This document shows, piece by piece, positions 10,556-18,998 of a stretch of DNA of 32,000 nucleotides. Positions within the stretch are counted from its first letter, which is position 1, and the number at the start of each line of letters is the position of its first letter. Origin of the DNA: Hyphomicrobiales bacterium. Its GTDB lineage: Bacteria > Pseudomonadota > Alphaproteobacteria > Rhizobiales > Methyloligellaceae. The translations under genes were made by a program, and so were the position numbers. Under the pieces are notes generated by a model. That model worked only from the letters and a program-made list of their open reading frames with translations, did no database searches and had not been told where the DNA came from. The DNA is taken from assembly GCA_028280515.1 (NCBI GenBank), contig JANQLP010000162.1:58092-90091 (forward strand). The letters are read 5' to 3'.

Positions 10556-10909
10556 ATGTCCCGCGTATCACAGTTCGCAGTTCTTGCTTCGGCGTGCATC
10601 CTGCTGAGCGCCGCCACTGCCTCAGCCGACCCGAATGCGGGAAGATACGGTTATCAGGGCGCGAGCCCTTACCCCTATCCGCCTGTCTATACGCCTCCCG
10701 CCCCGCCGCAGGTCAACGTGCCGCAAGGCTCGCCGGTCACGGTGATCGTCGCGCCGAACGCGCAAGTGGTAACCACGTCACCGTCGAATACGACGCTGCC
10801 GCCGGGCTGGGTCTGGGCACGTCCGGCCAATTGCGGCGAATACAGGTATTGGAACGGAACCGAGTGCCTCGACGCGCGCGACTATCCGCCGAACCTTGGC
10901 CCTCGCTAG
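10556..10909 (+). CDS. Small secreted proline-rich hypothetical protein
   Basis: Signal peptide MSRVSQFAVLASACILLSAATASA, a Pro/Tyr-rich region YPYPPVYTPPAPPQVNVP and a C-terminal two-Cys segment RPANCGEYRYWNGTECLD. Start placed at the internal ATG 10556. Confidence 0.65.
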   Translation: MSRVSQFAVLASACILLSAATASADPNAGRYGYQGASPYPYPPVYTPPAPPQVNVPQGSPVTVIVAPNAQVVTTSPSNTTLPPGWVWARPANCGEYRYWNGTECLDARDYPPNLGPR

Positions 10910-10988
10910 AACGCTCCTGCCGGACGGCACGACCCCAACCCGGCTGAAGGCGGACGCCACAGAAGCTGCCACAGATGCGGAGAATGAC

Positions 10989-12137
10989 ATGGGCGCTGCC
11001 CGTCCCTTCGAACTCGCGGTCCCTGACGAAACGCTGGAGAACATCCGCACCAAAGTCGCGGCTTTCCCGTGGGACGACATGCCGAAACTCGAAGGGTGGC
11101 AGTATGGCGCCAACCTCGACTACATGCGGGAGCTGTGCGCCTACTGGCTCGACGGGTTCGACTGGCGTGCCCAGGAAACCGCGATCAAACGCTTTTCGCA
11201 CTTCATTGCGCCGGCGGAGGGTTTCGACATCCATTTTATCCACGAGAAGGGCAGCGGCCCGTCCCCGCGGCCTCTGCTGATCAGCCACGGCTGGCCGGGT
11301 TCGGTCGTCGAGTTTCTGGAGATCATCGAACCGCTGGCCCATCCGGAGCGGTTCGGCGGCAGCACGGACGACGCCTTCGACGTGATTGCCCCGTCGCTGC
11401 CGGGGTTCGGCTTTTCCGGCAAGCCGGAAAGTCCCATGGGCCCCCGCGCCATCGCCCGGCACTTCGCAGCCCTGATGCGCGACGTGCTCGGCTATGACGG
11501 ATACATCGCGCAAGGCGGCGACTGGGGTGGCGCCGTTTCCGCCTGGCTCGGCTTCGACCATGCGCCCGCCTGCCGCGCGATCCACGTGAACATCATGATG
11601 ATGCGCCATCCGGACGGCCCGCAGGGCGCGGAAGAAAAGGCGTGGGCCGCGCGGTTCGCGAAGGAGCAGGAACCCGAAGCAGGCTACCGCATCCAGCAGG
11701 CAACCAAGCCGCAATCTTTAAGCTACGCGATGATGGACAGCCCCGTCGGCGTCGCCGCGTGGATCATCGAGAAGTTCAATTCATGGTCCGATACACGCGG
11801 CGGCGACATCGACAGCATCTTTACGAAAGACCGGCTGCTGACGAACATCATGGTCTATCTGGTGACCGGTACCTTCGCCACGGCAAGCTGGATCTATGCC
11901 GGCCGGCGCGCGGAAGGCGGCCGGCTGCTGTCACCCGAGGGCAAGCGCGTGGAGGTGCCCACGGCCTGCGCTCTGTTTCCCGAGGAGCTTCTGGAATGGC
12001 CGCCGCGCAGCTATGTCGAACGCGTCTACAACGTCACCCGCTGGACCGAGTTCCCGCGGGGCGGGCACTTCGCGGCCATGGAACAGCCCCAACCGCTGAT
12101 CGACGATATCCGCGCCTTCGCACGCTCTCTGCCGTAG
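10989..12137 (+). CDS. Epoxide hydrolase, microsomal type (EHN domain + alpha/beta hydrolase)
   Basis: N-terminal PFELAVPDETLENIRTKVAAFPWDD..., LLISHGWPGSVVEF, GYIAQGGDWGGAVSAWLG (nucleophile Asp), FPRGGHFAAMEQP (His). Confidence 0.9.
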   Translation: MGAARPFELAVPDETLENIRTKVAAFPWDDMPKLEGWQYGANLDYMRELCAYWLDGFDWRAQETAIKRFSHFIAPAEGFDIHFIHEKGSGPSPRPLLISHGWPGSVVEFLEIIEPLAHPERFGGSTDDAFDVIAPSLPGFGFSGKPESPMGPRAIARHFAALMRDVLGYDGYIAQGGDWGGAVSAWLGFDHAPACRAIHVNIMMMRHPDGPQGAEEKAWAARFAKEQEPEAGYRIQQATKPQSLSYAMMDSPVGVAAWIIEKFNSWSDTRGGDIDSIFTKDRLLTNIMVYLVTGTFATASWIYAGRRAEGGRLLSPEGKRVEVPTACALFPEELLEWPPRSYVERVYNVTRWTEFPRGGHFAAMEQPQPLIDDIRAFARSLP

Positions 12138-12235
12138 GCGCGCCAAGAGCGCCTGCTCTCCGACACCATCGAGGTGCGCGGGCTTTCGTCAAGGACACGC
12201 GACGTTTTAGGGCACGCCAGCAAAAGATACCCGAA

Positions 12236-12706
12236 ATCCCGGACAAGGGCTGGCCACGGCGATATGTGTGGCGCAGCGTTCGATCCGGCGCGCGATCCGG
12301 GATCCAGCACAAAGAGGGGCGAAGGGTATATGGATTCCTGCTTTCGCAGGAATTTCAGGATGAGCGGCAGCCACAGGATTCGCGTCATCCCGGACAGTGC
12401 GCACGGTACGCGCGTCACGTGATCCGGGATCCAGCGCAAGAAGAGGCGAAGCCGCTTCTGGATTCCGGCGTTCGCCGGAATGACGAATGAAAAAACGGCC
12501 TGGCCAAAACCTGCCCCGCGCAGGCGGGCACCCGGTTATGACGGACTGAAGGTCGGACGAAACCGCGTCTACGTCATCCCGGACAAGGGCTGGCCGAGGC
12601 GATATGTATGGCACCGAGCTCGAACCGGCCCGCGATCCGGGATCCAGAATTTGGAGGCGTCGCGTGTGGCACGTCCGCTCTGGATGCCGGCCTTCGCCGG
12701 AATGAC
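12236..12706. repeat. Cluster of about three interspersed palindromic repeats (RIME/REP-like), copies about 12236-12354, 12384-12484 and 12573-12706
   Basis: Shared left arm 'gtcatcccggacaagggctggcc..ggcgatatgt.tggc', middle 'gatccgggatccag', right arm 'tctggattccggcgttcgccggaatgac'. Arms are partly complementary. Confidence 0.8.
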
Positions 12707-12786
12707 AAATGAGAAAGCAGCTTGGCTGAGCCTTCCCCCGCGCACGCGGTGACCGGAATGACGGGAGAGAAAGGCACGCAAACGTT

Positions 12787-13470
12787 TTAGGGCACTTCAA
12801 GATCGACAAATCCCGCCTGCACCTCTTCGATGAACCGCCTGGTCAGATACCGGCGTTTTCGCCCGTCGGCGCCTTCGACCCCCGTGTGTACGTCGACGCC
12901 GGCCGGACGAACGGCATGGATGGCCTGACGAACGTTTGCCGTATTCAGGCCGCCTGCCAGAATGACGGGCCTGGTGGATGCCTCCACGAGCGACCGGCTG
13001 ATCTCCCAGTCGTGAACCTTGCCGGTCGCGCCGGACGCCCCGGTCTCAGGGTCAAACGTGTCGGTGATAAACGCGTCCACACTCGCTTCGTAGAGCCGGA
13101 CGTCCTTGATCAAAGCGCTCGCGTCGCCGCCGCGGACAATGAGGCTCTTGATGATCCGCAAGTCCGGTGCCTCTTGCTTCAACACTTGTATCTGCTCGAG
13201 GCTCGTCTCGCCGTGCAGCTGCACAATGTCCACCGATAGAGCATCGCAAAGCTCAAGGATGGTCTGCGCTTCGTTCGCATAGGTGATGAGGAAGAAGGTC
13301 GCCTCGTCCCGGAGTTCGGAGACAATGGCCGCGGCGGCTGCGATCGACAGATCCTCCTTGTGATAACCAAGCACAAAAGGGAATCCGAGATGCTGGACCC
13401 CGCAGTCGATCAGCAGCTGCGCCTCGGCGAGATCGATCACGCCAGCGACATGAATATGCGGTCCCGACAT
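12787..13470 (-). CDS. TrpF-like (phosphoribosylanthranilate isomerase-like) beta/alpha-barrel protein
   Basis: VDIVQLHGETSLEQ, DAFITDTFDPETGASGATGKVHDWEISRSL, RPVILAGGLNTANVRQAI, PAGVDVHTGVEG. The N-terminal 'KICG' region is replaced by IHVAG. Confidence 0.8.
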   Translation of the reverse strand: MSGPHIHVAGVIDLAEAQLLIDCGVQHLGFPFVLGYHKEDLSIAAAAAIVSELRDEATFFLITYANEAQTILELCDALSVDIVQLHGETSLEQIQVLKQEAPDLRIIKSLIVRGGDASALIKDVRLYEASVDAFITDTFDPETGASGATGKVHDWEISRSLVEASTRPVILAGGLNTANVRQAIHAVRPAGVDVHTGVEGADGRKRRYLTRRFIEEVQAGFVDLEVP

Positions 13471-13585
13471 TGCTCCTGCATGACCATTTCTTCTTCGAAG
13501 TGCCTAGCGTCTTTGTGTGATTGCTGCACCATCTCGATTATGATCGATTCGATGGTCGAGCCGCCGTCAAAACGGGGGGAAATCC

Positions 13586-14398
13586 GTGAGTGGTCTTGAA
13601 TTCATAAACACGACTTCGGGCTGGGCGCTCGCCTTCATGGTCATCAGCGTCGCCGTGATCTTCAGCGTCGGTCTGCAATTGTTTACGCGCTGGCGTTTTG
13701 GTGTCGATCTCGTGGAAGCGAACCACGAAGTCGCCGGCTTCAAATTCGCCGTTGTCGGCGTTGCCTACGGGGTGCTGCTCGCCTTCGTCGTTCTCAGCGT
13801 CTGGGACGAGTACGAACAAACCAGGGGTACCGTGGATGCCGAAGCTCAGCGGTTCTATAACCTCTTCAGGACCAGCTACAATTTTCCCGACGAAACGGGC
13901 ACGAAAATTCAGGATGCGCTTCTCGCATACGCGGTCGCAGTCCGCGACAAGGACTGGCCGGAGATGCAACGGGGATCTCGCGGCAGCAAATCTGCCGCGG
14001 ATGCGTATACCAAGTTGAGCTTCACGGTCGGGCAGACAAGGCCCGACGACATCCGGCTGGCGCCGAGCGTCACCCACGCATTCAATCTCCTGCAGGAAAT
14101 TGCCGACCTCAGACTGGAGCGGTTGTCCGATGTCCGCGGTCACGTGACGCCCGTCGTGTGGGCGGTCTTGTTGCTTGGGGGATTCATCACGCTCGGCTAT
14201 TGCGCGTTCTTCGCAACAAAGCACGTCGGCGCGCAAATCCTCATGACCGGCGGGCTCGCCGTGATCATCAGCTCGATCTTCTTCCTGATGCTGATACTGA
14301 ACTATCCGTTCTCCGGACCGCAGGCGCTGACATCCGCGCCAATCGACGATGCCATCAAGCGGATGCAGACGGAAACTGCGACTGCGGTCGAACGGTAA
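13586..14398 (+). CDS. DUF4239-type (bestrophin-like) membrane protein
   Basis: GTG start after ggggga. Two N-terminal and two C-terminal TM stretches; VVGVAYGVLLAFVVLSVWDEYEQTRGTVDAEAQRFYNLFR resembles DUF4239 proteins. Confidence 0.72.
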   Translation: MSGLEFINTTSGWALAFMVISVAVIFSVGLQLFTRWRFGVDLVEANHEVAGFKFAVVGVAYGVLLAFVVLSVWDEYEQTRGTVDAEAQRFYNLFRTSYNFPDETGTKIQDALLAYAVAVRDKDWPEMQRGSRGSKSAADAYTKLSFTVGQTRPDDIRLAPSVTHAFNLLQEIADLRLERLSDVRGHVTPVVWAVLLLGGFITLGYCAFFATKHVGAQILMTGGLAVIISSIFFLMLILNYPFSGPQALTSAPIDDAIKRMQTETATAVER

Positions 14399-14505
14399 GT
14401 CTCCGGCATTGAAGCAGGCTGTGCCGGAATCCCGCACGAACGGCCCCCAACCCTAAACGGAGCGGGGGTCCCACTGCTGGGGTGATCGCACTGTCGCGGG
14501 ACGAC

Positions 14506-14569
14506 TAGAGCATCATGGGTTCAGATTGACGCGTTTCGTCGCGAAATCTGAACGCATAAAGATGCTCTA
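14506..14569. repeat. Long inverted repeat 1 (TAGAGCATC...GTTCAGATT...AAATCTGAAC...GATGCTCTA)
   Basis: Read directly; nested complementary arms with an inner gacgcg/cgcg hairpin. Confidence 0.85.
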
Positions 14570-14582
14570 ACGCTTCAAGATA

Positions 14583-14644
14583 TAGAGCAAATTTATCCGA
14601 TTAGGTTGAAACAGGGTGAGTCAACCTAATCGGATTTTGCTCTA
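14583..14644. repeat. Long inverted repeat 2 (TAGAGCAAATTTATCCGATTAGGTTGA...TCAACCTAATCGGATTTTGCTCTA)
   Basis: Read directly; about 24-bp arms with minor mismatches. Its right end contains the stop codon of the dctP-like gene. Confidence 0.88.
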
Positions 14645-15676
14645 GGCGTAGCGATAGGGCCGGCCCGCCTTCTGCATGTCGTCGTTATATTTGCGGAGGA
14701 TTTTGATGACCTTCGCCTTGGTCTCGGATTCCGCGGCGATCTCGTCCCAGAACTTCACCGCCGCGGCTTCCACCGTCGCCCATTCCTCATCAGGAATGCT
14801 CGTCAGCTTGAGTTTCGTCCCGTTGACCCGCAGGTCGGCTTCGCCGCCCCAGTACCACCACTGGCGATAATAGTGGCTCTGGTCCGTGCAGACCCTGAAG
14901 AGCTCCTTCAGATTGTCCGGCAGCTCGTTCCAGCGATCGGCATTTGCAAAGAACGATCCGCACCATGCACCTGAAATGTTGTTGGTCAGGAAATAGTTGG
15001 TCACGTCCGCCCAGCCGACGGTGTAGTCCTCCGTGATGCCCGACCAGGCAATACCGTCAAGCTCTCCGGTCTGCACCGCTGTTTCAATGTCCTCCCACGG
15101 CAGCGTCACGGGAACGACGCCGAACTGGCTCAGGAAGCGGCCGGCGGTCGGGAACGTGAAGACCCGCTTGCCTTTCAGATCAGCGAGGGACCGGATCGGA
15201 TCCTTGGTGGCAAAGTGGCAAGGATCCCATGCGCCGGCGGAAATGTGCTTGACCCCCACGGCCGCATACTCCTTGTCCCAGATCTCGCCAAGGCCGTACT
15301 GATTGAACAGGACCGGCACGTCGAGCGAATAACGGCAGGCAAAAGGAAAGTAGCCGCCGAAGACGGTCACTTCCGTCGGCGAGGCCATGGAATCGTCGTC
15401 GGATTGAACCGCGTCAATAGTCCCCTTCTGCATGGCGCGGAAAAGCTCACCGGTCGGCACCAGCTGGTCGGCGAAAAAGAGCTCGATCTCCATCTGATCG
15501 CCAGCGATCTTGTTGAAACTGTCGATGGCCGGCTTGATGACGTGCGCCGCAAGGGCGGGACCGGCATAGGTCTGCAGTCGCCACTTGATCTTCGATTGAG
15601 CGATTGCGGGGGCCGCCAGCGCCGCGGCGGGTGCCGCAACGGCCGCGCCTTTGAGAAACTTGCGTCGTGTTGTCAT
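14642..15676 (-). CDS. TRAP transporter substrate-binding protein (DctP family), Tat-type signal
   Basis: MTTRRKFLKGAAVAAPAAALAAPAIAQSKIKWRLQTYAG (RR Tat-like signal). TRAP solute-binding pattern including GELDGIAWSGITEDYTVGWADVTNYFL. Confidence 0.9.
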   Translation of the reverse strand: MTTRRKFLKGAAVAAPAAALAAPAIAQSKIKWRLQTYAGPALAAHVIKPAIDSFNKIAGDQMEIELFFADQLVPTGELFRAMQKGTIDAVQSDDDSMASPTEVTVFGGYFPFACRYSLDVPVLFNQYGLGEIWDKEYAAVGVKHISAGAWDPCHFATKDPIRSLADLKGKRVFTFPTAGRFLSQFGVVPVTLPWEDIETAVQTGELDGIAWSGITEDYTVGWADVTNYFLTNNISGAWCGSFFANADRWNELPDNLKELFRVCTDQSHYYRQWWYWGGEADLRVNGTKLKLTSIPDEEWATVEAAAVKFWDEIAAESETKAKVIKILRKYNDDMQKAGRPYRYA

Positions 15677-15736
15677 TGGCTTTGCTTTCCTCCCTTGTAT
15701 GTCCCTGGCGGGACATGGTTGTGCTCGAAGCTCGAG

Positions 15737-17059
15737 CTATTTCCCGTAAATCAACTCTGGCAGCCAAAGTGCGATTTGCGGGAATGTCATGACGAGCGCC
15801 AGCGCCAGCACCATCACCAGAACGAAGGGTGCGATGGAACTGTAAATGTCCCTGAGCGTGATTTCAGGCGGTGCCATGGCGCGCATCAGGAACAGATTGT
15901 ACCCGAAGGGCGGCGTCATATAGGCGATCTGTGTCGTAATCGTATACAGAACGCCGTACCATATCAGGTCGAAGCCAAGCACCTTGACAAGCGGCACATA
16001 AAGCGGCGCAACGATGACCAGCATGGCGGTGTCGTCGAGAAACGTGCCCATCACGAGGAACGACAGCTGCATGAGGATAAGGATCATCCACGGGTTCAAT
16101 CCAAGCTGTTCGGTGAAAAGATCGTCGATGGCGCGCACCGCGCCAAGGCCGTCGAAAACCGCTCCGAAAGACAGCGCGGCGAGAATGATCCACATGAACA
16201 TGCAGGACACGGCGAGAGTCTGGCGCACCGAGACTTCGAACACCTCGCGTGTCATGCGCCCCTTCAGGACCGCCGCCAGAAACGCCGCCGTCGCCCCCAC
16301 CGCCGAACTCTCCACCAGGGAGGTCCAGCCGTTCACGAACGGCACCATCATGACCGCAAAGATGAACAGCGGCAGAAGCCCGGCGCGCAGCAGCCGGAGT
16401 TTCTCGCGAAAGGGGATGCTTCGTTCCGCCGGGGCCAGCGCCGGCCCGAGCTGAGGCTGGACCCGGCACCGGACATAAATGTAGATCATGAACAAGGCGG
16501 CCATCATCAATCCGGGGAACACGCCGGCGAGCCAGAGCTGACCCACCGGCTGACGCGCGATCATGGCGTAGAGCACCAGTACCACGGAGGGCGGAACGAG
16601 AATGCCGAGGGATGAACCTGCCTGGATGACGCCTGTCACCATCCGCTTGTCGTAGCCGCGCTTCAGCAGCTCCGGCAGGGCAATTGTCGCGCCTATGGCC
16701 ATGCCCGCGACAGAGAGCCCGTTCATGGCAGAAATCAGGATCATCAGACCAATTGTACCGATGGCCAGACCGCCGCGTACCGGCCCCATCCAGACATGGA
16801 ACATCCTGTAGAGATCATCGGCGATTTTCGATTCCGAAAGGACGTAGCCCATGAAGATGAACATCGGCAGCGTCAGCAGCGGATACCACTTCATGAGCTT
16901 CATGGCGGACGCGAAGGCGATGTCGGAACCACCCGTCCCCCAGAGGGCAAGGGCGGCAATGGCGCCAACCGCGCCGATGGCACCAAACACGCGCTGCCCG
17001 GTGAGCAGCATGAGCATCATCGAGGCGAACATGAAGAGGGCGATCATCTCCTGGGACAT
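15737..17059 (-). CDS. TRAP transporter large permease (DctM)
   Basis: Multi-pass MSQEMIALFMFASMMLMLLTGQRVFGAIGAVG..., SLGILVPPSVVLVLYAMIARQPVGQLWLAGVFPG, MGTFLDDTAMLVIVAPLYVPLVKVLGFDLIWYGV. Start trimmed to ATG 17059. Confidence 0.92.
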   Translation of the reverse strand: MSQEMIALFMFASMMLMLLTGQRVFGAIGAVGAIAALALWGTGGSDIAFASAMKLMKWYPLLTLPMFIFMGYVLSESKIADDLYRMFHVWMGPVRGGLAIGTIGLMILISAMNGLSVAGMAIGATIALPELLKRGYDKRMVTGVIQAGSSLGILVPPSVVLVLYAMIARQPVGQLWLAGVFPGLMMAALFMIYIYVRCRVQPQLGPALAPAERSIPFREKLRLLRAGLLPLFIFAVMMVPFVNGWTSLVESSAVGATAAFLAAVLKGRMTREVFEVSVRQTLAVSCMFMWIILAALSFGAVFDGLGAVRAIDDLFTEQLGLNPWMILILMQLSFLVMGTFLDDTAMLVIVAPLYVPLVKVLGFDLIWYGVLYTITTQIAYMTPPFGYNLFLMRAMAPPEITLRDIYSSIAPFVLVMVLALALVMTFPQIALWLPELIYGK

Positions 17060-17625
17060 CACGCATCGCCCTCGCGCAGCTTGATGATGTCCTTGAGCAG
17101 CTCGGAGATCGCCTGCAGCAGCATCAGGAATATCCCGATGCACATCAGAGTCTTGATCGGCCAGAGATAGGGCCGCCACGCGGTCGGGCTGCGCTCCAGC
17201 CGGCCCGTACTTTCAGAGCCGGCGATCAACCCGGTGAGGTATTGAACCGGTTCATCGCCAAAATGGCCCAGCGAATAGGCAGTCGAGCCCAGCCCGCCAT
17301 ACAGCAACACGCCGAGATAGAAAATCAGGAACAGGACCGTGACCGCATCGAACCTGGCCTTCTTGCGGGCGGACCATTGCCCGTAGAACAGGTCCATCCG
17401 CACGTTCGACCCGAGTTGCATCGAATACGGGCCGCCCATGATGTAGTAGGCAACAAGCGCAAACTGTGCGATCTCCAGTGTCCAGAGCGAAGGCAGAAAA
17501 AAAGTCTTCGAGATCGAAGACCATAACAAGATTCCGATCATGACGAAGATGCCGTACATCATGATCCGGCCGACCCTGTAGTTCATGGCGTCGACCGCGC
17601 GAATGTATGTACGTGCGAATTTCAT
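17059..17625 (-). CDS. TRAP transporter small permease (DctQ)
   Basis: Four-TM small membrane protein with GSNVRMDLFYGQWSARKKARFD. Stop and start overlap as TGATG with the DctM ORF. Confidence 0.88.
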   Translation of the reverse strand: MKFARTYIRAVDAMNYRVGRIMMYGIFVMIGILLWSSISKTFFLPSLWTLEIAQFALVAYYIMGGPYSMQLGSNVRMDLFYGQWSARKKARFDAVTVLFLIFYLGVLLYGGLGSTAYSLGHFGDEPVQYLTGLIAGSESTGRLERSPTAWRPYLWPIKTLMCIGIFLMLLQAISELLKDIIKLREGDA

Positions 17626-17709
17626 GAACGCGCCCCCGCGACTTCAGAACAGCCACTCCATTTATAGGACCGTTAGATCAATAAGCCAGCCCGCATATGC
17701 GAAACAGAG

Positions 17710-18234
17710 TCACCGGTTGGCGCACCGCTCCATATCGGGTGGATCCGCGCTTTGACGGACCATTACCCAGCGGCAGCTTTCAACAATCAGTTCCCCTTCG
17801 CGACCAGGCAGTGCTTCAGTCATGAAAATGGTATCTGCGGAAAAGCTCAGACCGTCTTCCGTCGGCAGGGCCGGCAGGATGCGAACCGACTCCTGATAGT
17901 CGAAATCCGGCCGGCACGCGGTCACGTAGCCTGAAACGCGGCCATCTGCCGTGACCGCCTTCCCCGTATACAAGGATGCCTTACGGCGCTTCAGCGCGAC
18001 GTCCCCGGCCGTCCAGGTGGCGATGTGAAGCCGATCGCCGTCCTGCAGAATCCGAATGTTCAGGGAAATTTGAAATGCCGCAGGCCGGCCGTCATCCGTC
18101 CGGTCACAGGCGACGACGCCGCTATAGGAGCCGGTTAAACTGGTCTCCACGCCGTATGCCGGGACGGCCAGAAGAAACAGCGCTGCGACTGCGCCTGCGT
18201 TTTGAAACGCCCTAGCGGCTTTCCATTTGCGCAT
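17710..18234 (-). CDS. Secreted hypothetical protein
   Basis: N-terminal signal-like AVAALFLLAVPAYGVETSLTGSYSGVVACDRTDDGRPAAFQISLNI. Overlaps the IalB-like gene by 23 bp on the same strand. Confidence 0.6.
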   Translation of the reverse strand: MRKWKAARAFQNAGAVAALFLLAVPAYGVETSLTGSYSGVVACDRTDDGRPAAFQISLNIRILQDGDRLHIATWTAGDVALKRRKASLYTGKAVTADGRVSGYVTACRPDFDYQESVRILPALPTEDGLSFSADTIFMTEALPGREGELIVESCRWVMVRQSADPPDMERCANR

Positions 18235-18964
18235 AGTGCTTTGTGAATCCGGTCAAAGGCAGCGCCACGGCGATGTCCTTCTTCTGAAGGTTCTGGAATA
18301 TCGCTCTGAGCTGCTTTCCTTTTTTCATGCCCGTGAGCATTTGGTCCGAGATCGGCCCACTCGCAAAGCAACCGTTCTGGTTACACGTCTGCAGGACCAT
18401 CCCTTGCGGCTTTTGATCGTCGATCTGTAGTCTGACGCCTGCGGGCAGGTACAAACCGAACGGCGTCTGTACGAGAAGCGAGGGCTTCTTGGTCTTTGCC
18501 GGCAAGGTCACCGTGACCCTGAGCACCAGCTTGCGGTTCTGTTTCAGCACGACGGCGCGGGACATCTGGCAGTTGAAGCCGCTGCCGCCGGCGGCGTTCT
18601 GACACTGGATGTTCCAGTCCGGTCGTTGCTCCGGCGGTGTGGCGGCCTGCGCCGTGGTTGGCTGTGTGGTTCGCGGCGGGGCCGGATTGGCTTGTTGTGG
18701 CGCGACGGCCGGTTTGCGTTTCGGCGCGGGCGTCGGTGTACGCTTTTGCTCCGCCGGTGCAGGCGCCTGACCAGGGCTGGTGAACCAGCTCGGACCCTGC
18801 GCCAATGCCGGCGTTTCGGTCCCAGGCGCTAACATGACTGCTATGAAGCCGGCCAACATACCGGCCACCGTCCGACCCCTGGCAACCGGCCCGCGTTCAT
18901 CAAACGCCTTCACGACACTCACATCCCTGCACGCACTCATCATCGACCCAATACACAATCGCAT
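18212..18964 (-). CDS. Invasion-associated locus B (IalB) family protein
   Basis: PDWNIQCQNAAGGSGFNCQMSRAVVLKQNRKLVLRVTV...PFGLYLPAGVRLQIDDQKPQGMVLQTCNQNGCFASGPISDQMLTGMKKG is the IalB domain with its Cys pattern; Pro/Gln-rich linker upstream. Start uncertain. Confidence 0.82.
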   Translation of the reverse strand: MRLCIGSMMSACRDVSVVKAFDERGPVARGRTVAGMLAGFIAVMLAPGTETPALAQGPSWFTSPGQAPAPAEQKRTPTPAPKRKPAVAPQQANPAPPRTTQPTTAQAATPPEQRPDWNIQCQNAAGGSGFNCQMSRAVVLKQNRKLVLRVTVTLPAKTKKPSLLVQTPFGLYLPAGVRLQIDDQKPQGMVLQTCNQNGCFASGPISDQMLTGMKKGKQLRAIFQNLQKKDIAVALPLTGFTKHYAQMESR

Positions 18965-18998
18965 AACTCAAGATTTCCAGATAAACGCCCGTGCCGTG

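Noticed and set aside
12236-12706. Possible CRISPR array
   Set aside because: Repeats are long (over 100 bp), divergent and irregularly spaced, with no short conserved repeat/unique spacer pattern and no cas genes.
12174-12809. Several ORFs within the repeat cluster (e.g. 12207-12809 minus, 12480-12752 plus)
   Set aside because: Repeated peptide strings such as IPAKAGIQ/SGERRNPE/DPGSRAG are well-known translation artefacts of palindromic intergenic repeats.
13538-14437. 299-aa minus-strand ORF
   Set aside because: Antisense to the DUF4239-type gene, which has clear TM segments and SD-GTG start.
15215-16615. 466-aa plus-strand ORF
   Set aside because: Antisense to the DctP/DctM coding sequences; composition (His/Arg/Gln-rich, no domain) is typical of a shadow ORF in high-GC DNA.
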